Below, piece by piece: positions 41,000-50,236 of a DNA stretch of 64,000 nucleotides. The DNA lies in NCBI GenBank assembly GCA_963666735.1, contig OY762926.1, forward strand, positions 1,760,001 through 1,824,000. Reading direction: 5' to 3'. This DNA is from Gemmatimonadota bacterium (GTDB taxonomy: Bacteria; Gemmatimonadota; Gemmatimonadetes; Palauibacterales; Palauibacteraceae). The position numbers and the translations under genes are program-made. Below the pieces are notes generated by a model. It saw only the letters and a program-made list of their open reading frames with translations, ran no database searches and was not told the DNA's origin. Position 1 is the first letter of the stretch. Every line of letters begins with the position of its first letter.

Positions 41000-43900
41000 T
41001 CAGGAGCCTGACGAGCCTCCCTCTCCGGCGGACGTGACGCCCCCGGCGGACGTGACGCGCACTTCGAGGGTTTCGGACGCGATCGAAACGGACGTCTCCT
41101 CGCCATGCGGCCACACGACGTGCAGCGTCGCGGGACGACCGGTCGTGTCGCCGGGCGGGCGGGCCGTGCCGGCCGCGGCGTCGGCCATGCCGAGCGTCTG
41201 CGTCGATTCATGGCGGGCCAGATAGCCCTCTCCCGACCGGACCTCCCGCACCGGACCGAGCGTTCCGTCGGCATATTCGAGCCGGAGGCGGGCGCCGATG
41301 GCCCGCGGGTTCGCGGGTGGCCCCTCCAGCGTGATCCGGAGACCGGGCGTCGCGCCGACGTTGCGGTAGAGCACGGTTTCGCCGCCGTTGACGCCGAAGG
41401 CCACGTCCACGCGACCATCGCGGTCGTGGTCCGCAAGCGCGACCGCCCGGGCGTCCCCGTAGACCGCGATCCCGGACCGGGAGCCCCGAACGGGCTCGAA
41501 GCCCCCCTCGCCATCCCCTCTCAGCCAGAGCCCGCGCCCCGCGTCGTAGCGCGGCGCCCCCGGCCGGCCGGCGTAGAAGTTCTGCGCGAGAACGAGATCT
41601 TCGTGACCGTCCCCGTCGAGGTCGGCGCCGGCGACGCCGAACGCGGGCGCGCGCTGGGCCTCCGCGGGCAGCGGGGCGCTCTCGAAGCCGGAAGGACGGT
41701 TGAGCCACACGGTGTGGCGCAGTTCGTTCGCGTCCAGCCGGCGCTCCGGGTCCATGCCTCCGATGAGGTCGGTCAGGGATGCGGTCGCGAAGCGCTCGTA
41801 CGTCACGCGCAGGAGCGTCGAGAGTCCGCCGGGGACGGCGAGCGCGTCTCTGCCCCGAAGCGGGCGCCACATGCCGGACTCCATCCGGGCCTCGACGAGA
41901 TCGACGATGCCGTCGCGATTCATGTCGCCGTAGATGAGCGAGTAGGCGGACGGTACGTCGAGATTCGCGCCCCAGCCGGTCGCGACGAGGTCGGGCCGGC
42001 CATCCTCATCGAAGTCCGCGGCGGCGAGGCCGTTCCAGCGCCCCGTGAGACGCGTGAGCCCCAGCGCGTCGCTCACATCGGTGAAACGGCCGTCGTCATT
42101 GCGGAAGAGGCGGACGCTGCCCCACTCCAGGGCGAGCGCGAGGTCGGGGTCGCCATCGAGGTCGTAGTCCGTGAAGAGGGCGGCGGAGACGAGCCCGAGA
42201 CGCGCGAAGGGGAGGGAGCGCTCCGCATCGACGCGCAGGGCGCGGCCGTCGTGGACCAGGAGGCGGGAATCCACGGCAACGGGGTAGGCGCCGGGTGCGA
42301 CGCGTCCGCCCGCGAAGAGGTCGAGATCGCCGTCACCGTCGATGTCGGCCTGAGCGAGCGGGCCGGTCGCGGCGGGGGGCTGCCCGGGCGGGGCGCCGGG
42401 GGCTTCGATGAGCGGGGGCGCCGGCGCGGACGCGCCGAGCGGCGCCGCGATGACCGCGGGAACGGCCGCGGCCTCCGCGGGAGTGCCCGCCTCGTACGCG
42501 CTCATGCCGATGAGCAGCGCGACGCGGCCGTCGGCCGTGCGATGCGGCAGCACGGCGGTCGCGTCCCAGGCCAGCGCGGGCACGAGGGCCCGCGGGGCGG
42601 CGAAACCGTCGCCCTCGTTCCGCATCACGACCGGGCTGCCCCCCCGGCCGCTCCCGACCACGAGATCGGCATCGCCATCGTCTTCCACGTCGATCCACGA
42701 TACGCCCGGACCGGGGCGATCGAGCGAATGGGGCAGCAGCGGCTGCCGGAGCCGGTCGTCGAAGGGCGATTCGACGTGCCGGTGCCCGAGCCGATCCGAA
42801 ATGTCGACGAAGTGAGGGCCGGCCTCGGGCGCCGCCGCCGTGACGGGGTCGTCCGGATCGCCCGGCCCGCCGTCGGGCGCGGGCGCGCGGGCGGCCGGGT
42901 TGGGCGTCGCCGGCTCCGCGGTGGCGGCGTCGATCTCGTATTCGCGGTTTGCGACGATGCCTTCCAGCCGCGTGCGGCGACCGTCCGGCCAGTCGACGGT
43001 GAGGACCATCTCCCCGTCCGCCGCCGCGGCGAAGCTGGCCACGGGTTCGGAAGAGGAGAGATAGGCGCCTCCCGCGGTGATCTCGCGCACCTGGGCGGGC
43101 ACCGCCCCCGGGCTGCCCGGCGTCGCAGGGCCGCCGGACCGGCCGGGGCCGCCGGATCCCTCGAGGCGGATCCTGGCTCCGATCCCGCGCGTGTTCGGAC
43201 CCGCCGACCGGAGACGCACGAGAATGCGGGGCGCCGCGGCTTCGTTCCGGTACAGGAGGGGGGGTGCCCCGAGTCGCGTCACGACGACGTCGAGGTCTCC
43301 GTCACGGTCGAGGTCGCCCGCCGCGAGGCCGTGCGAGATGTCCGCGTCGACCCCCCAGCGCCAGCGCTCGCTCACGTCGGCGAAACCATCGTCCCCTCCC
43401 CGGAAGGCGACGTTCGGCTGCGCGAGCGGCGGGAACATGCGCAGGGCCTGATCCGCCGGCAGCCCGGGGATCGCCGCCACGCGGGCATTCGCATCGCCGT
43501 CCAACTGGTCCCACGCGTGTCCCGTCGTGACGAGGATGTCGTTCCAGCCGTCCAGGTCCGCATCCATGATGAGCGCGCCCCACGTCCAGTCGGAGGCGGC
43601 GAGCCCGAGTTCCCACGCCGCCTCGGCGAAGGTTCCGTCCCCCCGGTTGAGTTGGACCGCGTTCCGGTTCACCTGGATTCTCGTGTCCGTGACGCCGGGA
43701 CGTTCCGGGACGGCCTCGTAGCTCGGGGTCTGGACGAGGCGTCCCGCCGGCTCCCGTGCGAGCATGTCGGTGGTGAGGAGATCGAGATCCCCGTCGCGGT
43801 CGAGATCTCCGACATCGACGGCCATCGAGGAGAGGCTCGTCGTGCGGACGGCCTCGCTCGAAGCCGGCGCGAACGTCCCGCCGCCGACGTTGATCCAGAT

Positions 43901-44920
43901 TCCGTCCTCGCTGTTGAAGTCGTTCGCGACGTAGAGATCGGGATCCCCATCCTCGTCCCAGTCGCTGAACCTGGCCGCGAGTCCCCAGTCGCGAGCCGCC
44001 GTCGAGACGTTCCCGCGGGAACGCGAGAGCGGCGCTCCGAGGCCCGCCGGCGCGAAGCGTCCGTCCCCGAGTCCGGTGTAATACTCGTCCGGCTCTCCAA
44101 GCTCGAAGCGGCGCACGAAGCGGCCATCGAACTCCACGCGGTAGTGCTCGTCGTAGAGGTCCCGCAGCTCCGGAGGGGTGACGAGATTTCCGTCCTCGCC
44201 GCGTTGGAGATGGTTGATGTCGAGAACGTCCGGCGGGTAGAGGTCGTCGACCTGGCGCGTCTTGTAGTTGGCGACGTAGAGGTCCAGGTCGCCGTCGCCA
44301 TCGGTGTCGGCGAGCGCGAGGGTCGTGCTCCCCCACTCCCCGGCGAGACCCGTGTCCTCGAGTTCCGTGAAGCCGCCCGCGCCGTCGCCGAGGAAGATCC
44401 GGTTCCGGCCCCCGTGGACCGCAATCGCGAGGTCGAGATCGTCATCTCCATCGACGTCCGCGAGCGCAGCGCCTCTCGCCAGCACGTCAACGAGCGCGAG
44501 GGCGGGGGGCGTGATCTCCTCGAAGCGCCAGCCGCCGAGGTTCCGGTAGAGCGCGCTCGCGCGCCCGAAGCCGGCGAGGAAGAGGTCCGCCAGGCCGTCC
44601 CCGTCGACATCCCCGACCGCGACGCCCTGCCCTTCCGCGAGCACCCGGTTGCGGAGCCGCGCCTCCTCGTCGACGTCGTACAGGAAGGACACGCCCCTTT
44701 CGGAGGCATCGAGCGGCCGGAAACCGCCGGAACCCCGGGGCCTCAACTCGCGCCACCGGTATCCGTCCGCTTCGACCCAGGGCCCGGGCTCGGGAGCCCC
44801 GCAGGCGGACAGCGCGAGGAGTACCGGGGCAAGGAGGGCCGGAGCGCGGAGGGCCGGGGCGAGGCCGATCAGCCCGCGGGCCGGCCGCATCATCGGTCGG
44901 TGGAGCGTGTGTTCAGCCAC
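41000..44920 (-). CDS. FG-GAP/VCBS repeat lipoprotein with ASPIC/UnbV domains (CRTAC1-like)
   Basis: Many D.DGDG..DL repeats, two N..(G/A)IGAR...G..YL..ASPIC-type segments, and lipobox LSAC. The start could instead be the ATG at about 44893. Confidence 0.85.
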   Translation of the reverse strand: MAEHTLHRPMMRPARGLIGLAPALRAPALLAPVLLALSACGAPEPGPWVEADGYRWRELRPRGSGGFRPLDASERGVSFLYDVDEEARLRNRVLAEGQGVAVGDVDGDGLADLFLAGFGRASALYRNLGGWRFEEITPPALALVDVLARGAALADVDGDDDLDLAIAVHGGRNRIFLGDGAGGFTELEDTGLAGEWGSTTLALADTDGDGDLDLYVANYKTRQVDDLYPPDVLDINHLQRGEDGNLVTPPELRDLYDEHYRVEFDGRFVRRFELGEPDEYYTGLGDGRFAPAGLGAPLSRSRGNVSTAARDWGLAARFSDWDEDGDPDLYVANDFNSEDGIWINVGGGTFAPASSEAVRTTSLSSMAVDVGDLDRDGDLDLLTTDMLAREPAGRLVQTPSYEAVPERPGVTDTRIQVNRNAVQLNRGDGTFAEAAWELGLAASDWTWGALIMDADLDGWNDILVTTGHAWDQLDGDANARVAAIPGLPADQALRMFPPLAQPNVAFRGGDDGFADVSERWRWGVDADISHGLAAGDLDRDGDLDVVVTRLGAPPLLYRNEAAAPRILVRLRSAGPNTRGIGARIRLEGSGGPGRSGGPATPGSPGAVPAQVREITAGGAYLSSSEPVASFAAAADGEMVLTVDWPDGRRTRLEGIVANREYEIDAATAEPATPNPAARAPAPDGGPGDPDDPVTAAAPEAGPHFVDISDRLGHRHVESPFDDRLRQPLLPHSLDRPGPGVSWIDVEDDGDADLVVGSGRGGSPVVMRNEGDGFAAPRALVPALAWDATAVLPHRTADGRVALLIGMSAYEAGTPAEAAAVPAVIAAPLGASAPAPPLIEAPGAPPGQPPAATGPLAQADIDGDGDLDLFAGGRVAPGAYPVAVDSRLLVHDGRALRVDAERSLPFARLGLVSAALFTDYDLDGDPDLALALEWGSVRLFRNDDGRFTDVSDALGLTRLTGRWNGLAAADFDEDGRPDLVATGWGANLDVPSAYSLIYGDMNRDGIVDLVEARMESGMWRPLRGRDALAVPGGLSTLLRVTYERFATASLTDLIGGMDPERRLDANELRHTVWLNRPSGFESAPLPAEAQRAPAFGVAGADLDGDGHEDLVLAQNFYAGRPGAPRYDAGRGLWLRGDGEGGFEPVRGSRSGIAVYGDARAVALADHDRDGRVDVAFGVNGGETVLYRNVGATPGLRITLEGPPANPRAIGARLRLEYADGTLGPVREVRSGEGYLARHESTQTLGMADAAAGTARPPGDTTGRPATLHVVWPHGEETSVSIASETLEVRVTSAGGVTSAGEGGSSGS

Positions 44921-47528
44921 CCTCCCCGTTCGCCGATGCCCCGTGCCCGCCGCCGATCACGCGCTCGAACAACTCGTAGATGCGCCGGTACTCGTCGGTC
45001 CACGACGAGGGCTCCGCGAAACCGTGGTTCTCCACCGGGTACACGGCCATCTCCCAGTTTTCCTTGCCCAGTTCTATGAGACGCTGGGCGAGGCGCACGA
45101 CGTCGGAGAAATGGACGTTCGTGTCGTACATGCCGTGTGCGATGAGGAGGTGTCCCTCGAATCCCTCGGCGAAATAGATGGGGGAGGACTGGCGGTACGC
45201 CTCCTCGTCCTCGTGGGGGAGGTTGAGGATGCGGCTCGTGTACCAGTGGTTGTAGTGCGCCCAGTCGGTCACGGCGCGGAGCGCGCCGCCCGCCGCGAAG
45301 GACTCAGGCGCCGTGAAGAGCGCCATGAGGGTGATGAATCCGCCGTAGGACCCGCCGTAGATCCCCATCCGGTCGGGCTCGACGCCCTCCTCGCGGACGA
45401 GGTAGGCGGCCCCGTCCACCTGGTCGGAGAGGTCCCAGCCGCCCATGTGACGGTAAATCGCCGTGCGCCAGTCGCGCCCGTATCCGGCGGAGCCGCGGTA
45501 GTCGATGTCGAGCACGGTGTAGCCCTGAGCCGCCAGGAAGTGGTGGAACATGTATTCGCGGTAATAGTTCGACCACCAGTTGTGGACGTTGTGCAGATAT
45601 CCGGCCCCGTGTACGAAGATGACGCCGGCCCCGTTGGGCTCGACCCCGAAGTCGGCGGGCCGGTAGATGCGCGCGGGCACGGCCACGCCGTCGCGAGCCT
45701 CGAAGTGCACGATCTCGGGCCGGAGCCAGGGGAATCCGAGCCACGTCCCGGTGGGGGAGGTCGTGACCTGGGTCATCGCGGCCCCGGGCGCGGCGTCGGC
45801 GAAGTAGAGTTCGGGCGGCCGGTTCGCGCGCGAATGGAGGACGGCGAAACGCCCGCCGCCGGGCGAAGGCGTGACGATGAAGGAACCCTCTCCCTCGAGG
45901 AGTTGAACCCGGTCCGAGCCATCGAACGCCATGCGCCACGGATGCTGGTCGAAGGGTGACAGCTCGCTCGTCTGCAGCAGGAACGAGTCCCACCCATCGG
46001 GGATCGTCACGCCGAGGACCTCCCACTCTCCGGCCGTGAGCGCCTCGCGGTTTCCGCCGTCCGCATCGATCGCGTACAGGTGGGAGTAGCCGGTCTCCTC
46101 GCTCACGTACCATGCGCGGGGCATCCCGCCCGCCGCCTCCGCCGGGAGCCAGCCAATGCAGCCCGCCCCCTGGAAGCCGAAGCAGGGGCCGCCGACCCAC
46201 GCTTCGTCGTAGTGAGTATCCAGCATCGTGAGAGAGCCGGTCGCCGCCTCGTAGGCGTAGAGGCGCCACGTCTTGTAGTCGTAGTCCACCGCGAATACGA
46301 GCCCGTGGGAGCCGGAATCGTTCCAGCCCGCGAAGCTCGCCACGGCGAGACGGCCATCGGATTCGGAATCGTCGGATCCGGATTCGTCCGACTCGGACTC
46401 CGCCGCTTCCGGCTCCGTCTCCTCCGGCTCTGGATCCGGGTCGGGATCCGAGTCCGAGCCGTCTCCCGTGAGGTCGAGCCAGGTGGCCTCGCCCGTCCCG
46501 GTGTCGACGATGGCGAGGCGCGAGACGCCCTGCTCGTCCCCGACCTTGGCCCGCATCTCCGTGTTCTCGGTGTAGCCGGACTGCGTGACCCAGCGGGGGA
46601 TGTCCGTGCTCCGGCCTTCGCCGCCGAAGCCGCCGCGCGTGACGGTGACCGCGACACGGCTGCCGGTCGGGTCGGCGACGAACGACTGCGCGCGTTCTCC
46701 CTGCGCGAGGTGAAGCGTCTCGCGTTGCCCGGCCTCCCGCAGTTCCCGCCGCTCTTCGGCACGCTCCTCCCGGATATCCTGCACGCGGATGTGCTCGAAC
46801 AGCTCTCGCTGCTGTTCCTCGAGGAAGGCCTTGTGCCCCTCGGCATCGGGGTCTTCGGGCGTCTCCGGCCCGCCGACGGAGGTGAGCTGCCGGATCTCGC
46901 CGTCGTCGATGTCGAACGCGAAGAGGTTGTTCGCGCGGCGGAAGAAGATGGACGCGCCGTCGCCGGAGAAGACGGGACCCGCCTCGAAGTCCTCCGTGTG
47001 CGTCAGCCTCCGGCTCGTGGAGGCGGCGCGGTCGATGAGATGGAGGTCTCCATCGGAGGACGTCACGCGCCAGCGGCCATCGGGAGAGACGTCGCCCCGG
47101 GCCAGGATGGGGCCGAGGCGAAGTTCTTCTTCGTCGTCGACCCGTTCGGGCGTGCCGCCGGTCGAACGGACGCGGTACAGGGCGCGCGGCTCGTGCCACT
47201 CGGCGCCGCCCGGGAGCCAGCGGAAGTAGATCCACTCGCCGTCGTCGGACCAGCTCACGCCGACGGGCGCCTGCCCGACGTGCTCGGAGCCCCGCATGAT
47301 GGACTCGAGCGTGAGCGCGAAGGCGTTGTCGCGCGCGGGGACGGGCTCGAAGCCGGCCAGGGTCTGCGCCTGGAGGGGCGGAGCGGCGGCGACCCATGTG
47401 GCGGAAATCGCGGCGGACATCGCGGCGGCGACGATCCAGGCGCTTCCGGATCCCGCGGGCCGGGGTCCCGCGGGCCGCAGGGGGGCGCGCCGGAGGGGGG
47501 CGCGTTCGAGTGTCGGGGAAGACTTCAC
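44913..47528 (-). CDS. S9 family (dipeptidyl-peptidase IV-like) serine peptidase, secreted
   Basis: Beta-propeller plus an alpha/beta hydrolase domain with GGSYGG, HG..DTNV and YP.ENH. GTGA overlap. Confidence 0.9.
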   Translation of the reverse strand: MKSSPTLERAPLRRAPLRPAGPRPAGSGSAWIVAAAMSAAISATWVAAAPPLQAQTLAGFEPVPARDNAFALTLESIMRGSEHVGQAPVGVSWSDDGEWIYFRWLPGGAEWHEPRALYRVRSTGGTPERVDDEEELRLGPILARGDVSPDGRWRVTSSDGDLHLIDRAASTSRRLTHTEDFEAGPVFSGDGASIFFRRANNLFAFDIDDGEIRQLTSVGGPETPEDPDAEGHKAFLEEQQRELFEHIRVQDIREERAEERRELREAGQRETLHLAQGERAQSFVADPTGSRVAVTVTRGGFGGEGRSTDIPRWVTQSGYTENTEMRAKVGDEQGVSRLAIVDTGTGEATWLDLTGDGSDSDPDPDPEPEETEPEAAESESDESGSDDSESDGRLAVASFAGWNDSGSHGLVFAVDYDYKTWRLYAYEAATGSLTMLDTHYDEAWVGGPCFGFQGAGCIGWLPAEAAGGMPRAWYVSEETGYSHLYAIDADGGNREALTAGEWEVLGVTIPDGWDSFLLQTSELSPFDQHPWRMAFDGSDRVQLLEGEGSFIVTPSPGGGRFAVLHSRANRPPELYFADAAPGAAMTQVTTSPTGTWLGFPWLRPEIVHFEARDGVAVPARIYRPADFGVEPNGAGVIFVHGAGYLHNVHNWWSNYYREYMFHHFLAAQGYTVLDIDYRGSAGYGRDWRTAIYRHMGGWDLSDQVDGAAYLVREEGVEPDRMGIYGGSYGGFITLMALFTAPESFAAGGALRAVTDWAHYNHWYTSRILNLPHEDEEAYRQSSPIYFAEGFEGHLLIAHGMYDTNVHFSDVVRLAQRLIELGKENWEMAVYPVENHGFAEPSSWTDEYRRIYELFERVIGGGHGASANGEGG

Positions 47529-48124
47529 GGGGCACCTCCTCCGTTCCCGGAGGGCAGATACTGTCCCGGGATCGGCAGATCGGGCCGCTCGCCGGCCCAG
47601 TAGATCGTGACGACGTACCAGCGGTCGCCGTCGTGCATGAGCTGGATCGAGTTGATGCCGCGGGCGAACGGCTCGGGGTCGTCCGCGTTTCGTTTGGAAT
47701 CGTAGGTGGAGAAGGCGTGCACCACCGGACCGAAGCGCGCCTCGCTGCGGGCGATCTCCCGCTCGAAGAACCCGTTCTGCTCGAGGAAGGCGCCCGCCTG
47801 TTCGGCGTATTCGCCGGGGCTCCACACGTTGTAGCCGTGCTCGCCCCCGGGCCCCCGACCCGTGGGAATGAGGCGGGCTTCCGGGATGAAGAGGGAGCGG
47901 AAGCGGTCCCAGTCGCGCGCCTGTCCGGCCGGGCCCGAGATCACGTCGTAGAGCGCGGCGAGGATGCTGTCGACCGACTCCACGTCGGCGGGAGCGGCGT
48001 CGGGCCAGCTTTCCGCCATGGCCACGTTCGGCCGGCCCTGGGCGAGCGAGGGGGTGGGCATCGCGAGCGCCAGGGGTCCGGCGGCCAGCGCGCCGAGGAA
48101 AACGAGTGTGCGCAGTCGTCGCAT
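47525..48124 (-). CDS. Secreted hypothetical protein (NTF2-like fold probable)
   Basis: Signal peptide plus YDVISGPAG..RDWDRFRSLF, F.E.EI and RGINSIQL..DG.RW, a recurrent family signature. Confidence 0.7.
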   Translation of the reverse strand: MRRLRTLVFLGALAAGPLALAMPTPSLAQGRPNVAMAESWPDAAPADVESVDSILAALYDVISGPAGQARDWDRFRSLFIPEARLIPTGRGPGGEHGYNVWSPGEYAEQAGAFLEQNGFFEREIARSEARFGPVVHAFSTYDSKRNADDPEPFARGINSIQLMHDGDRWYVVTIYWAGERPDLPIPGQYLPSGNGGGAP

Positions 48125-48253
48125 CGTTCCGCTCCGGTTCTGGTGGAAGACGTCCCCGAATCTAGCCCGGACCGGACGCCGGGTGCGACCCGGCGGCGAC
48201 GACGCGTACGACCCGAAGGCGGCGACGCGTACGACGGGAGCGGCGGCGTTCGG

Positions 48254-48282
48254 TTGCATCGGACGCGGGCTGCGTCTACCGT
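48254..48282 (+). promoter_or_regulatory. Putative sigma-70 promoter of tRNA-Arg
   Basis: TTGCAT (48254-59), 17-nt spacer, TACCGT (48277-82), ending 18 nt before the tRNA. Confidence 0.5.
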
Positions 48283-48300
48283 TTTCGGCTCGTGGCGCCC

Positions 48301-48374
48301 GCGCCCGTAGCTCAATTGGATAGAGCGTCTGACTTCGGATCAGAAGGCTGGGGGTTCGAGTCCTCCCGGGCGCA
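48301..48374 (+). tRNA. tRNA-Arg (anticodon TCG), CCA not encoded
   Basis: Acceptor stem GCGCCCG/CGGGCGC plus A, D-arm GCTC-AATTGGATA-GAGC, anticodon arm TCTGA-CTTCGGA-TCAGA and T-loop TTCGAGT. Confidence 0.95.
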
Positions 48375-48435
48375 TGATCCCTCGTCCGACAGTAAGAAAC
48401 CCCGAGAACTCCGAGCCCTGACGAACGTCGCCGAC

Positions 48436-48912
48436 ATGAAGCCGAATCCGAACATGCCGCGGGGCCAGGCGGCACCCCATCGGCAGGCGCCCCAGTGCCC
48501 CATCGATCACCAGGCGGCGGAGCGCGCCGCGCGCTCGCTTCCGGGTCCGGTGCGGCGAGCCGTCTTCCTGGGGGTGGGGGGCCTCAGCGTGAGCGCGGGC
48601 ATCATCGGCATCGTCGTGCCGCTGTGGCCCACGACCTGTTTCCTCCTGCTCGCCGCGTGGTGCTTCGCGCGCAGCTCCCCCCGCGCCGAGCGCTGGCTGT
48701 ACGAGAACCGCATGTTCGGCCGCTACCTCGCCGCCTACCGCGAGCGCGGCGTCATCTCCACCCGAGTGCGGCGCGGCGCGACGATCTTCCTGTGGGGCGC
48801 GATCCTCGTCTCGGCCGTGCTCGCCGCCGGACAACTCTGGATCGTGGCCCTCCTCCTGATCGTCGCCGCGCTGGTCACCGCCCACCTCTACTCCCTGCCC
48901 AGCGAAGGCTGA
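48436..48912 (+). CDS. YbaN/DUF454 family inner-membrane protein
   Basis: GIIGIVVPLWPTT.FLLLAAWCFARSSPR...WL....FG.Y. Confidence 0.88.
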   Translation: MKPNPNMPRGQAAPHRQAPQCPIDHQAAERAARSLPGPVRRAVFLGVGGLSVSAGIIGIVVPLWPTTCFLLLAAWCFARSSPRAERWLYENRMFGRYLAAYRERGVISTRVRRGATIFLWGAILVSAVLAAGQLWIVALLLIVAALVTAHLYSLPSEG

Positions 48913-49817
48913 CGGCGGGCTCTATCGCAAGCCCAGAGCTTCGCGCTCGTGTCGTATGTCACAACGCCCTTCCGCTTCAGGTATTGCTGCGCGTTCCTCA
49001 CCCCGTGCTTCCACCGCTTCCCGTAGCGCTCGCCGTTGATGACGAGTTCCTCGGAGTCGTCGCAGAGATCCGGTAACAGCCGACCAACCTCCTCGTGGAT
49101 CGCAGTTGTGGGTTGCGGTCCGTGCGCGAGCACAAAGCGAATCGCCTCGCCGAAGACCGAGTTCGCGCTTCTGCGCCCCACCTGTGCCCGGACGAACCGA
49201 GGTCTGGCGCTGCGCATGATCTTCCCGAACCTCGCTCGCGGCTCAAGCTCCGCAGCGTCGTCGGCTTTCTTTCTGGCTTGGCGGAGGTCGGTCTCAAGGG
49301 ACGCGAGTTCGCCGAGCGCACGTCGACTGACCTGATTCCCCAAGCGGGCGAACGAGTCCATGTCGTCGCGAATCGCGCGCACCAGCGACGGTTCGCGGAG
49401 CATCACGCCGTATTCGAGGTTTGTGTCGAGGCCTGCGCGGGTGAGGTTGCCCGATGTCACGACCGCCACCTTATCGTCGGCTATGAAGACCTTCGCATGC
49501 AGGTTGGGAAGCGCGAACACCCGCGCCTTGTCGGACTGTTCCGCGAAATGGACCAGGCCCGTGACATCAAGCGCGGACGAAGCGACCGCCTCGGCTCTGA
49601 TCGTGGTGAGCGTCACCAGTGCAACATCCTCGGCAAGCTGGCGACGGAACCAAACGGCGGCGGCATGGGTGACGAAGGGGACCGCGACCACCATGGAGTG
49701 GCGGGCGCTTGTGGCCATATCCGCTAACTCGGCACGCCAGCCCGGTCCCAAGAGTTGCGTCCGTTGGCCGGTCTCCCCCGTCCTCTCCGCCTCGCCCCCC
49801 GAGGTATCGAGCGTCAC
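48888..49817 (-). CDS. Phospholipase-D-family nuclease with C-terminal winged-helix-like domain
   Basis: Single HKD motif LHAKVFIAD....VTSGNLT..G...N.E.G, a helical linker, and C-terminal W...VR.A.Q.LK..G.V......W. The GTG start overlaps the upstream stop (GTGA). Confidence 0.78.
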   Translation of the reverse strand: MTLDTSGGEAERTGETGQRTQLLGPGWRAELADMATSARHSMVVAVPFVTHAAAVWFRRQLAEDVALVTLTTIRAEAVASSALDVTGLVHFAEQSDKARVFALPNLHAKVFIADDKVAVVTSGNLTRAGLDTNLEYGVMLREPSLVRAIRDDMDSFARLGNQVSRRALGELASLETDLRQARKKADDAAELEPRARFGKIMRSARPRFVRAQVGRRSANSVFGEAIRFVLAHGPQPTTAIHEEVGRLLPDLCDDSEELVINGERYGKRWKHGVRNAQQYLKRKGVVTYDTSAKLWACDRARRQPSLGRE

Positions 49818-50191
49818 GATGATGCCGAGCGTTTCCGGCCCAGCCCCTGCCAGATATCCCAACCGTTCGATGCATCTGAGACGGTCGCCATCACTGCCGC
49901 CACCTCGTCGGCCGTTCGGCCCTCGGCATCATTCCACTTCCCCGCGTCACCGACGTGGGCTTCCAGGAGCAACTCCAGAAGGACGTTGCTGACATACGAG
50001 CGCGTGTCGTTGGCGGCCTCCACGGCACCCACGGCGCACCACCGAACAGCGGCCGGGTCTTCCGGATCACACGTGCACCAATCGGCATCCGCTGCGACGT
50101 CACCTTGAATCCAACCGCGCCGGACGAATGCCGCGGCCTGCCGAAGGATTCGAGAAGCTCTGACGTATTCGTGCCTGTTCCTAGGTTCCAC
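49814..50191 (-). CDS. DUF6197-like small protein
   Basis: L..AA....GW.QG......C..GA...WND..GRT..EV pattern, preceded by an AAGGAGG ribosome-binding site. Confidence 0.65.
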   Translation of the reverse strand: MEPRNRHEYVRASRILRQAAAFVRRGWIQGDVAADADWCTCDPEDPAAVRWCAVGAVEAANDTRSYVSNVLLELLLEAHVGDAGKWNDAEGRTADEVAAVMATVSDASNGWDIWQGLGRKRSASS

Positions 50192-50236
50192 GGAGCCCCC
50201 TCCTTGTGAAGCAACCTGCCTTGCGGTTGAGAAACA

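Noticed and set aside
41105..45079. 1324-aa plus-strand ORF
   Set aside because: Antisense shadow of the FG-GAP gene, expected at high GC; no recognisable motifs.
48292..48435. N-terminal extension of ybaN, and of the minus-strand ORF to 48475
   Set aside because: They run through the tRNA-Arg gene; the true starts are 48436 and 48124.
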